From: Candidatus Binatia bacterium
GTDB lineage: Bacteria > Desulfobacterota > Binatia > UBA9968 > CAXXLF01
Length of the DNA: 64,000 nucleotides
Direction: 5' to 3'
Assembly (NCBI GenBank): GCA_963664015.2
Contig: CAXXLF010000002.1
Coordinates: 1,760,001 to 1,824,000 of the forward strand
Below are positions 30,660 to 40,586 of this stretch, piece by piece; the stretch's first letter is position 1; every line of letters starts with the position of its first letter. Position numbers and translations under genes: made by a program. The notes beneath the pieces are model-generated. The model did no database searches. It worked only from the letters and a program-made list of their open reading frames with translations, and was not told the origin of the DNA.

Positions 30660-31742
30660 ATGAAAGTCATCGACGCCGATGCGCACGTCGAAGAATCCGT
30701 CGCAACTTGGCAGTATCTCGAGCCACAATTCTATCCCAGGAGACCCATTCCAGTAACATTGCCGCAGGACACGAGCTGGGGGAAGTGGAACGCGGTATGG
30801 CTCATAGACAAGAAAGTGCGCCAGGCAGCGGCCAATCCAACAACGATGGAGTTGGCACAGAGCAAAGGGATCTCAGTCCCGTCTCAAGAACTCACGAGTG
30901 TACCGGCGCGGCTCGGTGATCTGGACTTATTTGGCATAGAAAAGCAGGTTATTTATCCCTCTGCTTGGCTTGGATGTCTGGCCGAGGACGTAGAGTTGGA
31001 AGCGGCCCTCGCTAAAAGCTACAACGAATTCATGTCCACCCAATGTACCCAGTCCGGAGGGAGACTCATGTACGCGGCGGTACTGCCCTTTCGGCAACCT
31101 CAAACGGCCGTCGATGAGATTCGCAATGTACGGAAAATGGGAGGGGCCGTGAGCATCTTTGTCCGGGGAATGGAGTGGGACATGCCGGTCAATCACCCTT
31201 CCTTCTTCCCGATTTATGAGGAAGCGGAACGCCAGAATCTGGCCATAGCTGTGCACATTGGATTTGGCAGTCCAGCTATCAGTCGGATGTTTGAAGGTCT
31301 CGCCGGCCTGCCAGATGAGAGGCCTTTTATACCCCCCAGAGGCCGGCTACTCGTTAGTGGCCTGCTGATCCAGTACGCCTTCAACGGGATTATCACTGCG
31401 GGTCTAATGGAAGAGTTCCCTAAACTCCGTTGGGTATTTCTTGAGGCAGGCTCCGAGTGGATGGTCCCGGCGGTCAGAATTGTGGAACGTTCGGATAACC
31501 GCCAGATCCGAAAGCACTTCGAGGAAGGGCGCTTATTTGCATCCTGTGAGCCCGATGAGAACCTGCCTTATCTGATGAACGAGTTTGGGGAGGATTGGCT
31601 CGTGGTGGCGAGCGACCTGCCCCATGCCGATGACTTTCATCACGATCGCCCGGAAGAGGTGTTTCGCCAACGGGGCGACCTCTCTGAAAGCCAGCTTCGG
31701 AAACTTCTCTGCGACAATGCTGCCCGGCTGTACGGTCTTTGA
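30660..31742 (+). CDS. amidohydrolase_2 family protein (ACMSD/LigW-like)
   Basis: IDADAH, YP, AVH, FP.LR..FLEAG..W and ASD.PH.D. Confidence 0.85.
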   Translation: MKVIDADAHVEESVATWQYLEPQFYPRRPIPVTLPQDTSWGKWNAVWLIDKKVRQAAANPTTMELAQSKGISVPSQELTSVPARLGDLDLFGIEKQVIYPSAWLGCLAEDVELEAALAKSYNEFMSTQCTQSGGRLMYAAVLPFRQPQTAVDEIRNVRKMGGAVSIFVRGMEWDMPVNHPSFFPIYEEAERQNLAIAVHIGFGSPAISRMFEGLAGLPDERPFIPPRGRLLVSGLLIQYAFNGIITAGLMEEFPKLRWVFLEAGSEWMVPAVRIVERSDNRQIRKHFEEGRLFASCEPDENLPYLMNEFGEDWLVVASDLPHADDFHHDRPEEVFRQRGDLSESQLRKLLCDNAARLYGL

Positions 31743-31789
31743 GTAACGTTTGTGTCGCCATGACGTAAATAAGGAAGGAGAGCTGCGCA

Positions 31790-32545
31790 ATGACGGGACG
31801 ACTTACTGACAAGGTGGCAATTGTTACGGGGGCTGCAAGCGGTCAGGGACGGGTGGCGGCGGAACTCTTTGCCCGGGAAGGCGCTCAAATGGTCTTGGCC
31901 GATATGGATACGGAGGGGTTGGAGGAGGTTGCGGCTAATGTACGCAAGGGCGGCGGAGATCCCCAGTTATTCATGGGGGACCTCACGCAGGAAGAGGCCA
32001 ACCGAGATATGGTTGCAGGGGCGGTAAATCGCCACGGGAGGGTCGATGTCTTATATAATGGAGCAGGTCTCGTGAGGATGGGTCCACTCCACGAAACCAG
32101 TCTCGAAAACTGGCACTTTACCCTCGAACACGAACTGACCATTACCTTTCTCGGATGCAAGCACGCCGTGCTCGCCATGCTGAAGACCGGCTCCGGCAGT
32201 ATCGTCAACATCTCGTCCGGTTCTGGAGGAGTCCGGGGTGTTCCCAACCACGCGTCCCACGCAGCCACCAAGGCAGGAATTGTCGGATTAACCCGTCAAA
32301 TGGCCGTCCAATACGGACCCCGGGGTATTCGCTGCAACGCCATCGCACCGGGCTATCTGGTTTACGCCCCGGGGCAGCGTCGGGTGGCTTCCCAAAGCGG
32401 CGAGCGCTCTCCTGAGGGAATTCCCCTTAAACGGTTCACGCGGCCGGAGGATACGGCCTACTGCGCGCTCTTCCTTGCTTCTGACGAGGCCAGCTACATT
32501 ACAGGTCAGTTATTGGTCGTGGATGGCGGGAATTCGGTGCGCTGA
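31790..32545 (+). CDS. short-chain dehydrogenase/reductase
   Basis: TGAASGQG, IVNISS, HAATK in place of YxxxK, IRCNAIAPG and ITGQ.L.VDGG. Confidence 0.9.
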   Translation: MTGRLTDKVAIVTGAASGQGRVAAELFAREGAQMVLADMDTEGLEEVAANVRKGGGDPQLFMGDLTQEEANRDMVAGAVNRHGRVDVLYNGAGLVRMGPLHETSLENWHFTLEHELTITFLGCKHAVLAMLKTGSGSIVNISSGSGGVRGVPNHASHAATKAGIVGLTRQMAVQYGPRGIRCNAIAPGYLVYAPGQRRVASQSGERSPEGIPLKRFTRPEDTAYCALFLASDEASYITGQLLVVDGGNSVR

Positions 32546-32660
32546 TTCTTTCGCCCGGTGTTTGGAAATTTCCCCATTTGTGGTTGTCCCATATGGGGAC
32601 GGGCTAACATACCGGCGGACAGGTTCTTGGCCGCGACTTTAGGCGAGAAACGTGAACCGC

Positions 32661-33668
32661 CTAGTGACCACACTTGGCGACTATTGCACTTACTCGTTGC
32701 CACTGGGCTTCGAGTTCCTTGCGGGCCAGAAGGTCGTTGGAGGCCTCCTTGACGATCTCGTCTTTGAGGGTTCTCTCGACGGAGTAGTTCGAATAGATCT
32801 CACCGGTCTGCTTCATCTCTTCGGCAATTTGCCTGAGTCCGTGGAGGGGAATGCGGCCGTCCACGGGAAGGGATCGACCCTCGAAGCCCGTGGGGGGGGC
32901 ACTTTTCGGAGGAAGCGCTCATCTTAGCTGGGGCTTGCCGGCCTGAGCCTCTTTTCCATATCGACTAAATATTCGTAGTTGTCCGGGTTTCGCTCGAACC
33001 AGAAGGCGCGTAGGATGGCCTTCATGAACCTCTTGAGATCGTCTCTATTCTGTTCAGCGAACAGGGTCGTCGCGGCAATCACACGCTCCGGCCTACCCCG
33101 GGGAAACAGCTTCTCCGTGCTGAGGAGAAGGGTGCATCCCATTTTTTCGAGATCCGATGAAAAAGGTGGGTTAGAGGCCGTACAATCTACCTTCCCGTCA
33201 CGCATAGCCTCTACGTGAGCGGGGTTGTCGTGGTAGGCAAAGATCCGATCCAGTACCCACTCGACATCCGACTTTGGTTCGAGGCCCGCCTTGCGCAACT
33301 CCTCGCCGATGATGGCGTAACGGATGCCCTCGGTTTCCCTCAGGTCGATTTTCGTACCGCGGAGATCACCGATTATTCTTAATTCCCGGCCTTGCGTACT
33401 AATTTGCGTTGGGTGCGAAGCGCTAGCCGCCAACAATCGCCAGGTCGGCCCCCCGGCTGTTGAGATAGATTACCGAACTGGCCTTCGCCCTCAACACGAT
33501 GTAAATGCCTCTTTGCTTCATGGCGGCGAAAAGGGCCGGTTTTTCCACTTGCGGAGGAATGAGGCCTTCTTCCCTGAAGATTCCCTTTTCCAAGGCTATC
33601 GTGGCTGCGGTGCTGTGCCCCACATGGTAACTGGATGTGGCAATACGAATGAGTCCCGGAGGTGTCAT
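32661..33668 (-). pseudogene. NitT/TauT-type ABC substrate-binding protein, heavily decayed
   Basis: Three fragments (A.EKG.F.EEG; G.VD...PP; F.KA.LRA); stops 33423-33425, 33399-33401 and 32924-32926; frameshifts at ~33375 and near the G8 run 32892-32899. Confidence 0.75.
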
Positions 33669-34102
33669 GGTTCCACACCGGTGGATGACTTGGGAGTGCC
33701 AAAGTGAAGTTCCAGATTGTTTCCTTCCGTATCGAACAGGTAGATGGTCCTGCCGCTTTTGCGGTCGACGCAGCGGTGAAATTTCCCGGATTGCTTTACG
33801 GTATTTAGGGCTTCATCGTACGCTTCCCAATTCATTTCGAAGGCCTGATGCGCAATGCCGTCTTCCGAGATGACGTCCCTATCAAGGGGTTGGGGTCGTT
33901 CGAAAAGAACCACCTCGTCGTCACCACACTTGAACCGGTCCAAGCGTGCACGCTTGCCATGGATCTCGGGGCTCTTGCGAGGCCAGTCGTCTCCTCCCAC
34001 TCGGCCGAGGTATTGTAACCACAGCACCTCGGTGTAAAAGTCCCGTGCCCGGTCGAGGTCATTAACTGGGATTCCCGTGTGATAGACTTTCTCTACTTTC
34101 AT
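33665..34102 (-). CDS. VOC/glyoxalase family protein
   Basis: H..I.V.DLDRA..FY, H.AF and YL.D.EGN.LEL. Confidence 0.88.
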   Translation of the reverse strand: MKVEKVYHTGIPVNDLDRARDFYTEVLWLQYLGRVGGDDWPRKSPEIHGKRARLDRFKCGDDEVVLFERPQPLDRDVISEDGIAHQAFEMNWEAYDEALNTVKQSGKFHRCVDRKSGRTIYLFDTEGNNLELHFGTPKSSTGVEP

Positions 34103-34249
34103 AAGGGAGCTCCTTTCCCAAAAACATCAGCGTCGTGTAAGGTTTCTTCGTGTCCGCCCACCAGAGCCGTTTCACTAACCACGCGGAAGTTATCAGCCCC
34201 TCAGGCAAGACGAGATAGGGGTCTAAATGAGAGAGGGTTCTATCTTTTT

Positions 34250-34726
34250 TTACTCTTTACTTTCTGGCCGAATACAAAGAACCGGGCAGACACACCGGCG
34301 TACAACCTGTTCGGTGACGCTGCCGATCAGTAGGTGAGGGATGCCCGTAATCCCGTGAGTGGACAAAACGATCATGTCTATCGCGTCGTCTTTGGCCTTC
34401 TCCACGATTTTGCGATAGGGGACTCCGACAACCACATCCTGTTTGATCTTGACATTGGGAGGAAGCTTGAAAAGGTTTTCCTTGATGAAATTAGCGATGT
34501 CGTTTTTCCGGTCCTCAACGAGTTCATTGATGGGACGGAACTCGAGAGGCATTGCGATCCAACCGTCCGGGCCCGGCTCGTACATGCCGGTCTCTTCATA
34601 TCGAATGACATGGTAGACGGTGACCTCAGCGTCATGGTTTTCCGCCAGGTCGACGGCGTAGCGAACACCGGCCTGGAACAGATCTGAGAAATCCGTGGGA
34701 GCGAGAATTGTTTTGATGGTCAGCAT
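34250..34726 (-). CDS. universal stress protein
   Basis: IL.PTDFS, D.IV.STHG.TG....LIGSV.E.VVR...CPVL; SD AAGGAGG. Confidence 0.92.
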   Translation of the reverse strand: MLTIKTILAPTDFSDLFQAGVRYAVDLAENHDAEVTVYHVIRYEETGMYEPGPDGWIAMPLEFRPINELVEDRKNDIANFIKENLFKLPPNVKIKQDVVVGVPYRKIVEKAKDDAIDMIVLSTHGITGIPHLLIGSVTEQVVRRCVCPVLCIRPESKE

Positions 34727-34856
34727 GGAAGCCTCCTTATGCGAGTCGGCGAATTCTATAATCATTTTCTATAATAGATAAGGGATCTTGGGCTTCTGGT
34801 TTGCGCTGGACGCCAGCGGGCAAAACGGATAAAGAAGAAAGGGGAGTGTCGTTATT

Positions 34857-35057
34857 ATGCCTCTTGTGGTTCCGTGTCCCCAATGCAAGATAGAAGTCAC
34901 TTGGGAGGGTAACCCCCATCGACCCTTTTGTTCTGAACGATGCGGGCTCATCGACCTAGGCGCCTGGACAGAGGAGCGGTACTGTATTCCCGGCGGAAAA
35001 CTGAAGGACGAATCGGAGGGGGAGGACCAGGACCCCGGCGACGGCCTTCACAGATAG
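34857..35057 (+). CDS. yacG: DNA gyrase inhibitor YacG
   Basis: CPQC...RPFCSERC..IDLG.W..E.Y.IP. Confidence 0.9.
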   Translation: MPLVVPCPQCKIEVTWEGNPHRPFCSERCGLIDLGAWTEERYCIPGGKLKDESEGEDQDPGDGLHR

Positions 35058-35067
35058 CTGAAACAGC

Positions 35068-35841
35068 ATGAGTATTCACCCTACTGCCATTGTAGACCCA
35101 CGTGCGGAGATTGATCGGTCAGCGGAGATCGGACCCTACGTGGTTGTCCAGGGGTCGGTCAAGATTGGGCGTGCCACGCGGGTCATGGCGCATGCGAGCA
35201 TTATGGGTTGGACCGAGATCGGAGTGGAGAACGAGATCCATGGGGGGGCGGTGATTGGGGACGCACCACAGGATCAGGCTTACAAAGGGGAGGAGAGCTA
35301 CCTCAAGATTGGCGACCGAAATATCATTCGTGAGTTTGTTCAAATACATCTCGGGACGAAACCCGGATCGTCAACCATTATTGGTAACGACAATTTTTTT
35401 ATGACGACTTCCCACGTGGCGCACAACTGTCGGCTTGGCAACCGGATCGTCATGGTCAACGGGGCGGTGTTGGGAGGATACGTGGAGGTGGGAGACCAGG
35501 CCTTCATCTCGGCCCATTGTGTTGTGCACCAGTTTATCCGTGTGGGCGAGCTTTCCATGATGCGAGGTCTAAGTGGTACCAGTCGAGACGTTCCACCGTA
35601 CTCGATCATCGACTGGCAGCACAGGGTACGTGGCGTCAACGTAATAGGATTGAAGCGCGCCGGTTACGATGACCAGCGCATCCGTCAGATCAGGGCGGCC
35701 TACCGAATCCTTTTTCGTAAAGGGCGCAATCTCTCCCTGGCTGTTCAAGAACTCATCCAAAAGACGCAACCCTCTGGTGAAGTAGCTGCGCTCCTGGATT
35801 TTATCAAATCTTCCGAACGGGGAGTCTGTTTGGGAGGTTAA
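35068..35841 (+). CDS. lpxA: acyl-ACP--UDP-GlcNAc O-acyltransferase
   Basis: IHPTA, PQD..Y.GE, IREF, HVAHNC, VHQF, DVPP and G.N.IGLKR. Confidence 0.9.
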   Translation: MSIHPTAIVDPRAEIDRSAEIGPYVVVQGSVKIGRATRVMAHASIMGWTEIGVENEIHGGAVIGDAPQDQAYKGEESYLKIGDRNIIREFVQIHLGTKPGSSTIIGNDNFFMTTSHVAHNCRLGNRIVMVNGAVLGGYVEVGDQAFISAHCVVHQFIRVGELSMMRGLSGTSRDVPPYSIIDWQHRVRGVNVIGLKRAGYDDQRIRQIRAAYRILFRKGRNLSLAVQELIQKTQPSGEVAALLDFIKSSERGVCLGG

Positions 35842-36287
35842 CCGGGCGTTGCTGAATCCGCTGTAGCTACGGGCTGAGGTGGACCCGTCATCGGAGGCGG
35901 CGGTCCCACGAAAATCACACGATCTTTTCCCTGAAGGTGATCGGGGGTGATCACGTAAGTTCCACCCACTGCTGGATGGATGATGCTCTTGGCAACGTCG
36001 GACCTTCCGCCGCTGACCACATAACCGAGCCCGCCGGTAACGACACCCAGCGCAGCGTAGGTTACCTTTAAAGGACTGTAGAGGATGCTGGCAAGGACCG
36101 AACTGATGCCCAAGCTCGCCTCTTTAGCCGTCTTTCGGGAGGGGTTATCGGCGTTGGTCTCTGAATCGTCAGCAGAGAGAGGGTTCTCGTCTGTAACGAC
36201 CTCTTGTGTCTCACCGATGCTGGAATGCCATAGGGAGAAGAGCAGTAATAACACCCATACCATTCCTTTTAGATAAGGCGCCCGCAT
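35838..36287 (-). CDS. hypothetical exported/membrane protein
   Basis: Signal-peptide-like N-terminus; Y.P.K..YA..G...GG hydrophobic hairpin and G.Y.ITP.HL.G segment. Confidence 0.65.
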   Translation of the reverse strand: MRAPYLKGMVWVLLLLFSLWHSSIGETQEVVTDENPLSADDSETNADNPSRKTAKEASLGISSVLASILYSPLKVTYAALGVVTGGLGYVVSGGRSDVAKSIIHPAVGGTYVITPDHLQGKDRVIFVGPPPPMTGPPQPVATADSATPG

Positions 36288-36345
36288 CAGGCGGGTACTA
36301 GATCAATATTCTCTTTCCCTCTCAAACCTTTTTATTTGGAAGTTT

Positions 36346-37449
36346 TCAAGATCGGGAGATGGTTGACCCAACAGCGTCGGAAACATTGGTAAAACCATCG
36401 CGGTGAATCAGTGCGAGGAGGCCCCGGTTAATGTTTTTAACGACAGTGGGGCCCTCATAGACGAAACTCGTATATATCTGAACGGCCGTTGCACCTGCGC
36501 AAATCATTTCGTAGGCATCATCGGCGTTGAAGACCCCGCCGGAACCAATGATGGGAAGCCTCCCCTCAGTGGCCTGGTAAATATGGCGGATAAAAGTCAT
36601 GGCTAGGGCTTTGAGTGGCCGGCCGCTGAGTCCACCGGGCTCATCAATGCGAGTGCGAAGGGTTTCCCTTAGGAAGGCCGTAGCGTTGGTGGCGATAATG
36701 GCTGCAACTTCGTGGGAGCGGACCACTTCGACGATCTGGTCCAAGTGGGCAAGGTCCAGGTCCGGAGCAATCTTGACCAGGATTGGTTTCGGGCTCTGGC
36801 TGGGTGCTTTTGCCAGCTCATGGTTCTTCGCCGTGATGGCCCCAAGCAGTTCTCCCAAGCGCTCTTTTTCCTGGAGCTCCCTGAGGTTGGGTGTGTTCGG
36901 CGAGCTGACATTGATGGTGAAGTAGTCACCGTAAGGAAAGAGCCTCTCGAAGGTAAAGAGATAATCCGCCACCGCGTCGCTGTTTTCCACGTGTCGGCTC
37001 CTGCCGATGTTGATACCCATAGGTACGCTCCGGTACGACTGAAGCTGCTGCCACCGCTCTAGCCTTTGCCCGATCTTCTCTGCCCCGTCATTGTTAAACC
37101 CGAGGCGATTGATCAAAGCACCGTCTTTGGGCAGGCGAAAGAGTCGCGGCTTGGGATTACCCGGCTGCCGAACCGCCGTCACGGCGCCTATCTCGTAAAA
37201 GCCAAAACCAAAGGCCGGCCATAGGGAGAGCGCTTTGCCATTTTTATCGAAGCCTGCTGACAGGCCCACAGGGTTGGCAAAGGTCAAGGGACCGAGCCGG
37301 ACCTGAAGGCGCGGATCTTGCACGCAAAGGAGTTTGGCTAGGACCCTTTCCAAAAAGTTCAGGTGGGCTAATAGGGAAAGGGTCTGCTCATGAGTCGTTT
37401 CAGGGTCTTTTAAAAAAAGAATCGGCCGAAGGAGACTTTTATAAAACAC
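36346..37449 (-). CDS. pyrD: quinone-dependent dihydroorotate dehydrogenase
   Basis: NP.GL.AGFDK, QPGNPKPRLFRL, NVSSPNTP, VKIAPD and GGLSG; start uncertain (GTG 37449). Confidence 0.95.
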   Translation of the reverse strand: MFYKSLLRPILFLKDPETTHEQTLSLLAHLNFLERVLAKLLCVQDPRLQVRLGPLTFANPVGLSAGFDKNGKALSLWPAFGFGFYEIGAVTAVRQPGNPKPRLFRLPKDGALINRLGFNNDGAEKIGQRLERWQQLQSYRSVPMGINIGRSRHVENSDAVADYLFTFERLFPYGDYFTINVSSPNTPNLRELQEKERLGELLGAITAKNHELAKAPSQSPKPILVKIAPDLDLAHLDQIVEVVRSHEVAAIIATNATAFLRETLRTRIDEPGGLSGRPLKALAMTFIRHIYQATEGRLPIIGSGGVFNADDAYEMICAGATAVQIYTSFVYEGPTVVKNINRGLLALIHRDGFTNVSDAVGSTISRS

Positions 37450-37562
37450 ATATAATCCATAGCACAGGTCCCGTGCGCCGTACCATGCGGGGTTTACCGG
37501 GTTCACTGTGACTCGTTTTTTCGTTACCGATCTTGCCTGCTCTCATAGGGCCCGGGGTGATT

Positions 37563-38357
37563 CTATTTCCAGAATCGAAAGAAGTGATGCACAGGGCTGT
37601 GGCCCGAACCTACGGAAAAGCCATTGGCGATTGCCTGGGTAATAAACCGCTTGGCTTCAGCCACAGCCCTTTCCAAGGTCTGACCCTTCGCTAGGCCTGC
37701 AACAATGGCTGCAGAGTAAGTACAGCCCGTGCCATGGGTATTGGCACTGGCTATCCTGGCAGCTCTAAACTCGCGAAATTGACGCCCGTCATAAAAGAGG
37801 TCTGTGGCAGGGCCTCGGCGATGGCCGCCTTTGATCACAACGCACCGTGCGCCCATATCGATGATCTTTTTTGCCGCATCCCGAATGGCAGATGCGCGTC
37901 TCCCCGGGATACCCGTAAGTGCTTCTGCCTCGGGCAGGTTGGGGGTCACCAGTGTGGCCAAGGGGATCAAGTGAGACCGAAGCGCGGCAATGGCGTTGCG
38001 GCGCAGCAAGGGCTCTCCTCCCTTGGCAATCATAACCGGATCCACGACCAGATTGGCAAGTCCATGTTCTCGGACCTTGTGTGCCACGACGTAAATAATG
38101 TCAATGTTTGCCAGCATACCGGTTTTGAGGGCCTGACTCCCGATGTCTTGGATCACGGAATCGATCTGGGCAGCCACCATGGACGGAGGTAAATGCAACA
38201 CCTTGGCGACACGCCTTGTATTTTGCGCAGTAATCGCGGTGATGACCGATGTGCCGTAAACGCCGAATGCGGCAAACGTCTTGAGATCCGCCTGGATTCC
38301 AGCCCCCGCTCCCGAGTCCGAGCCGGCAATGGTCAGGGCCTTGTAAACGGGATTCAT
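37563..38357 (-). CDS. thiD: hydroxymethylpyrimidine/phosphomethylpyrimidine kinase
   Basis: IAGSDSG.GAGIQADLK, TAQNT, VVDPVM, TPN.PEA and THGTGC. Confidence 0.96.
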   Translation of the reverse strand: MNPVYKALTIAGSDSGAGAGIQADLKTFAAFGVYGTSVITAITAQNTRRVAKVLHLPPSMVAAQIDSVIQDIGSQALKTGMLANIDIIYVVAHKVREHGLANLVVDPVMIAKGGEPLLRRNAIAALRSHLIPLATLVTPNLPEAEALTGIPGRRASAIRDAAKKIIDMGARCVVIKGGHRRGPATDLFYDGRQFREFRAARIASANTHGTGCTYSAAIVAGLAKGQTLERAVAEAKRFITQAIANGFSVGSGHSPVHHFFRFWK

Positions 38358-38543
38358 TGGCCCCTATATTAACCTTCATAGCACCAAAGGTCGAGAGCGC
38401 CCTGACCATCCCGGGGGATTTTTAAGAAATGATCGATGACCACCGATGCCCCATTCCGTATTGACTTGGATTGGTCGTTTACCTTATACGTGGTTCGAAC
38501 AGCTTACCAAATTTCTATTAAAATCCATTTAGAAGGAGGTCTT

Positions 38544-38936
38544 ATGATACAAACGCTGGGGTTGGTGCATTTTACGATCCCTGTAACGGATCTGGATCGT
38601 AGTGCAAAATTTTATCAGGAGCTTCTAGGAATCCGTCTTTTGCGCAAGACACCGCGGATGGCCTTTATGAAATGCGGTAACGATTATTTAGTCCTCGGCA
38701 CGAGCAAGACGCCCATCCAACTCAACGTGGAAGGTGAAACATCCATTCACCACGCCTTCAAGGTGGCGCCGGAAGACTTCGATCGCTCCACACAATTCCT
38801 GAAAGAAAAATGGATCGAGATTCTTGACATTGAGGACCGGCAGGAAGGGACTTTCCAGGGGAGATCCGCCTACTTTCACGACCCTGACGGTAACACTTTG
38901 GAGATCCACGACGCCCGTAAGATTGGCGTAGAATAG
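38544..38936 (+). CDS. VOC/glyoxalase family protein
   Basis: HFTI.V.DL.RS..FY, HHAF and YF.DPDGN.LEI; SD AAGGAGG. Confidence 0.9.
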   Translation: MIQTLGLVHFTIPVTDLDRSAKFYQELLGIRLLRKTPRMAFMKCGNDYLVLGTSKTPIQLNVEGETSIHHAFKVAPEDFDRSTQFLKEKWIEILDIEDRQEGTFQGRSAYFHDPDGNTLEIHDARKIGVE

Positions 38937-39004
38937 GGTCAGGAAAAGGGCCAGCGTTCGATTGGGATTCGACGCAGCCAGATCAAGATGTGGCATGGCC
39001 CGGG

Positions 39005-39841
39005 CTAGTTGCGGGGAGACTGGGCTGTGCGACGCCGGATAAAATTCCTTAGAACTGAAAAATAGGGCTCACCGCCGACCAGATAAGTGTCATTGTGGCT
39101 CGCGCCCTGAATCGTATAGAACTCTTTGGGCTCATGGGCGGCCTCGAAAACCTTTCTTCCTTGGGCGTAAGGGACGATGTCATCTTGGTCACCATGGATG
39201 ACCAGCACCGGTGATTTGGCTAGCGGAATGATTTTAAGTACATCGTATCGTGTCTTGAGAAAGGGGCCGAGGGGTAGGAAGGGGAAAGCCACCTTGGCCA
39301 TCTCGGCGATAGAAGCAAACGGGGTTTCTAAAATTACGGCTGCGGCGTTCTCCTGCGCGGCAAGGTGAGCGGCTACTGCGGCTCCTAAGGAGCGACCAAA
39401 AATTACCAAGTATTTTAAATCTATGTTTTTTTGCCTCTGCAAATACTGGAGGGCTGCTTGAGCATCTTGGTAGGTACCGTTCTCCGATGCCTGGCCCTCA
39501 CTTTTTCCGTAACCGCGGTAATCAACGATAAAGATATGGGTTTTTAGCTTCTCATGGACGAGTCTGAGGTTATGAAGCCGGTGGCTGATGTTTCCGGCGT
39601 TGCCGTGGAACCAGAGCAACGTAGGTCCTTCCACCGCCGAAGGGATATACCAGCCGTTTAGCCGGACTCCATCCGCCGTGGTGAAATAGATGTCCTCGTA
39701 GGTAAGATCAAACTCTTTGGGAGTCTGTACGATCTCGGCGGTAGGATGAAAAATAAAGCCCGTTTCCATTTCACAACCCCAGAGGAGGAAGAGGCCAGGG
39801 AGCAGCAATCGGCGAATACTAAGGACAAGAGGTGATGACAT
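39005..39841 (-). CDS. alpha/beta hydrolase (ABHD13/BEM46-like), possible lipoprotein
   Basis: FHGNAGN, DYRGYG.S, GRSLG, HG..D and A.HND; lipobox-like LWGC; start uncertain. Confidence 0.85.
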   Translation of the reverse strand: MSSPLVLSIRRLLLPGLFLLWGCEMETGFIFHPTAEIVQTPKEFDLTYEDIYFTTADGVRLNGWYIPSAVEGPTLLWFHGNAGNISHRLHNLRLVHEKLKTHIFIVDYRGYGKSEGQASENGTYQDAQAALQYLQRQKNIDLKYLVIFGRSLGAAVAAHLAAQENAAAVILETPFASIAEMAKVAFPFLPLGPFLKTRYDVLKIIPLAKSPVLVIHGDQDDIVPYAQGRKVFEAAHEPKEFYTIQGASHNDTYLVGGEPYFSVLRNFIRRRTAQSPRN

Positions 39842-39931
39842 TTTTCCAACGGTGAAGAGCCTCGGTTTCCGCCACCGCGCCATTTTGAATGTCCGCATAG
39901 AGAGAAGAACCGGTAGCGCGGAAACGGTTAT

Positions 39932-40447
39932 CTAGTGTTGGTGCTCCCCTCTCAGCTTCCACTCAAGGCCGTCGATAATGCACTCCACACTGGCCCTCAG
40001 AATATCCTCCGCCACTCCAACCGTGCCCCAGCTCTCCTGGCCATCGGTGAATATAGCCAGGACCCGGACCGGTGCACCGGCCATGTCTTCTTCGTCCTCA
40101 GCATCGCCATGGTGTAACAGGCGGAGATCGCACTCCAGTAAATGGACCTCCGAGAGCTGGGGGCAATGCTTTTCGAGCACCTTGCGCATGGCATGATCCA
40201 AGGCATGAACGGGGCCTCGCCCATGGCCTACCTCATGCTCCTCTGTTCCGAAGATGTCCACCAGCACCGAAGCCTCCGTCAGGCCAGTCATCGGTTCAGG
40301 GCTGCCGAAATCTACCTGGTCGTCGATTTTGCAGTGGCTCACACGGAAAGGTTTGAGATAATTCTCGGGTTTATGGATCGACATGAGTTCGAACGATGCC
40401 CAGGCTCCATCTAAGCGAAAAAACTCCTCTTTGAGATTCCTTGCCAC
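39932..40447 (-). CDS. stand-alone LeuA/CimA allosteric (dimerisation) domain protein
   Basis: ASFEL, EASV, G.GPV.ALD.A.RK.L and VRVL....DG...WGTVGV..DI..AS; SD AGGAGG before GTG. Confidence 0.8.
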   Translation of the reverse strand: MARNLKEEFFRLDGAWASFELMSIHKPENYLKPFRVSHCKIDDQVDFGSPEPMTGLTEASVLVDIFGTEEHEVGHGRGPVHALDHAMRKVLEKHCPQLSEVHLLECDLRLLHHGDAEDEEDMAGAPVRVLAIFTDGQESWGTVGVAEDILRASVECIIDGLEWKLRGEHQH

Positions 40448-40586
40448 AGGCGCCTCCTATTCCCTATTTTGGCTCCCGATATTTTGATTATATCGACCTA
40501 TTAAGAAAAGGACCAGAGATTCCGGGTGGTTGAATTAACCATGTATTCTTTTATAGTGGGGGTAGATTTTGGTATGATTATAGATA

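Noticed and set aside
34140-34165. Possible att repeat (…CCGCCCACCA) of the tRNA-Gly 3' end
   Set aside because: Does not match GTCGCCCGCTCCA beyond a few bases
38945-38985. GGATTCGAC motif resembling the tmRNA 5' end
   Set aside because: No matching acceptor stem or 3' tRNA-like end; the intergenic space is only 68 bp
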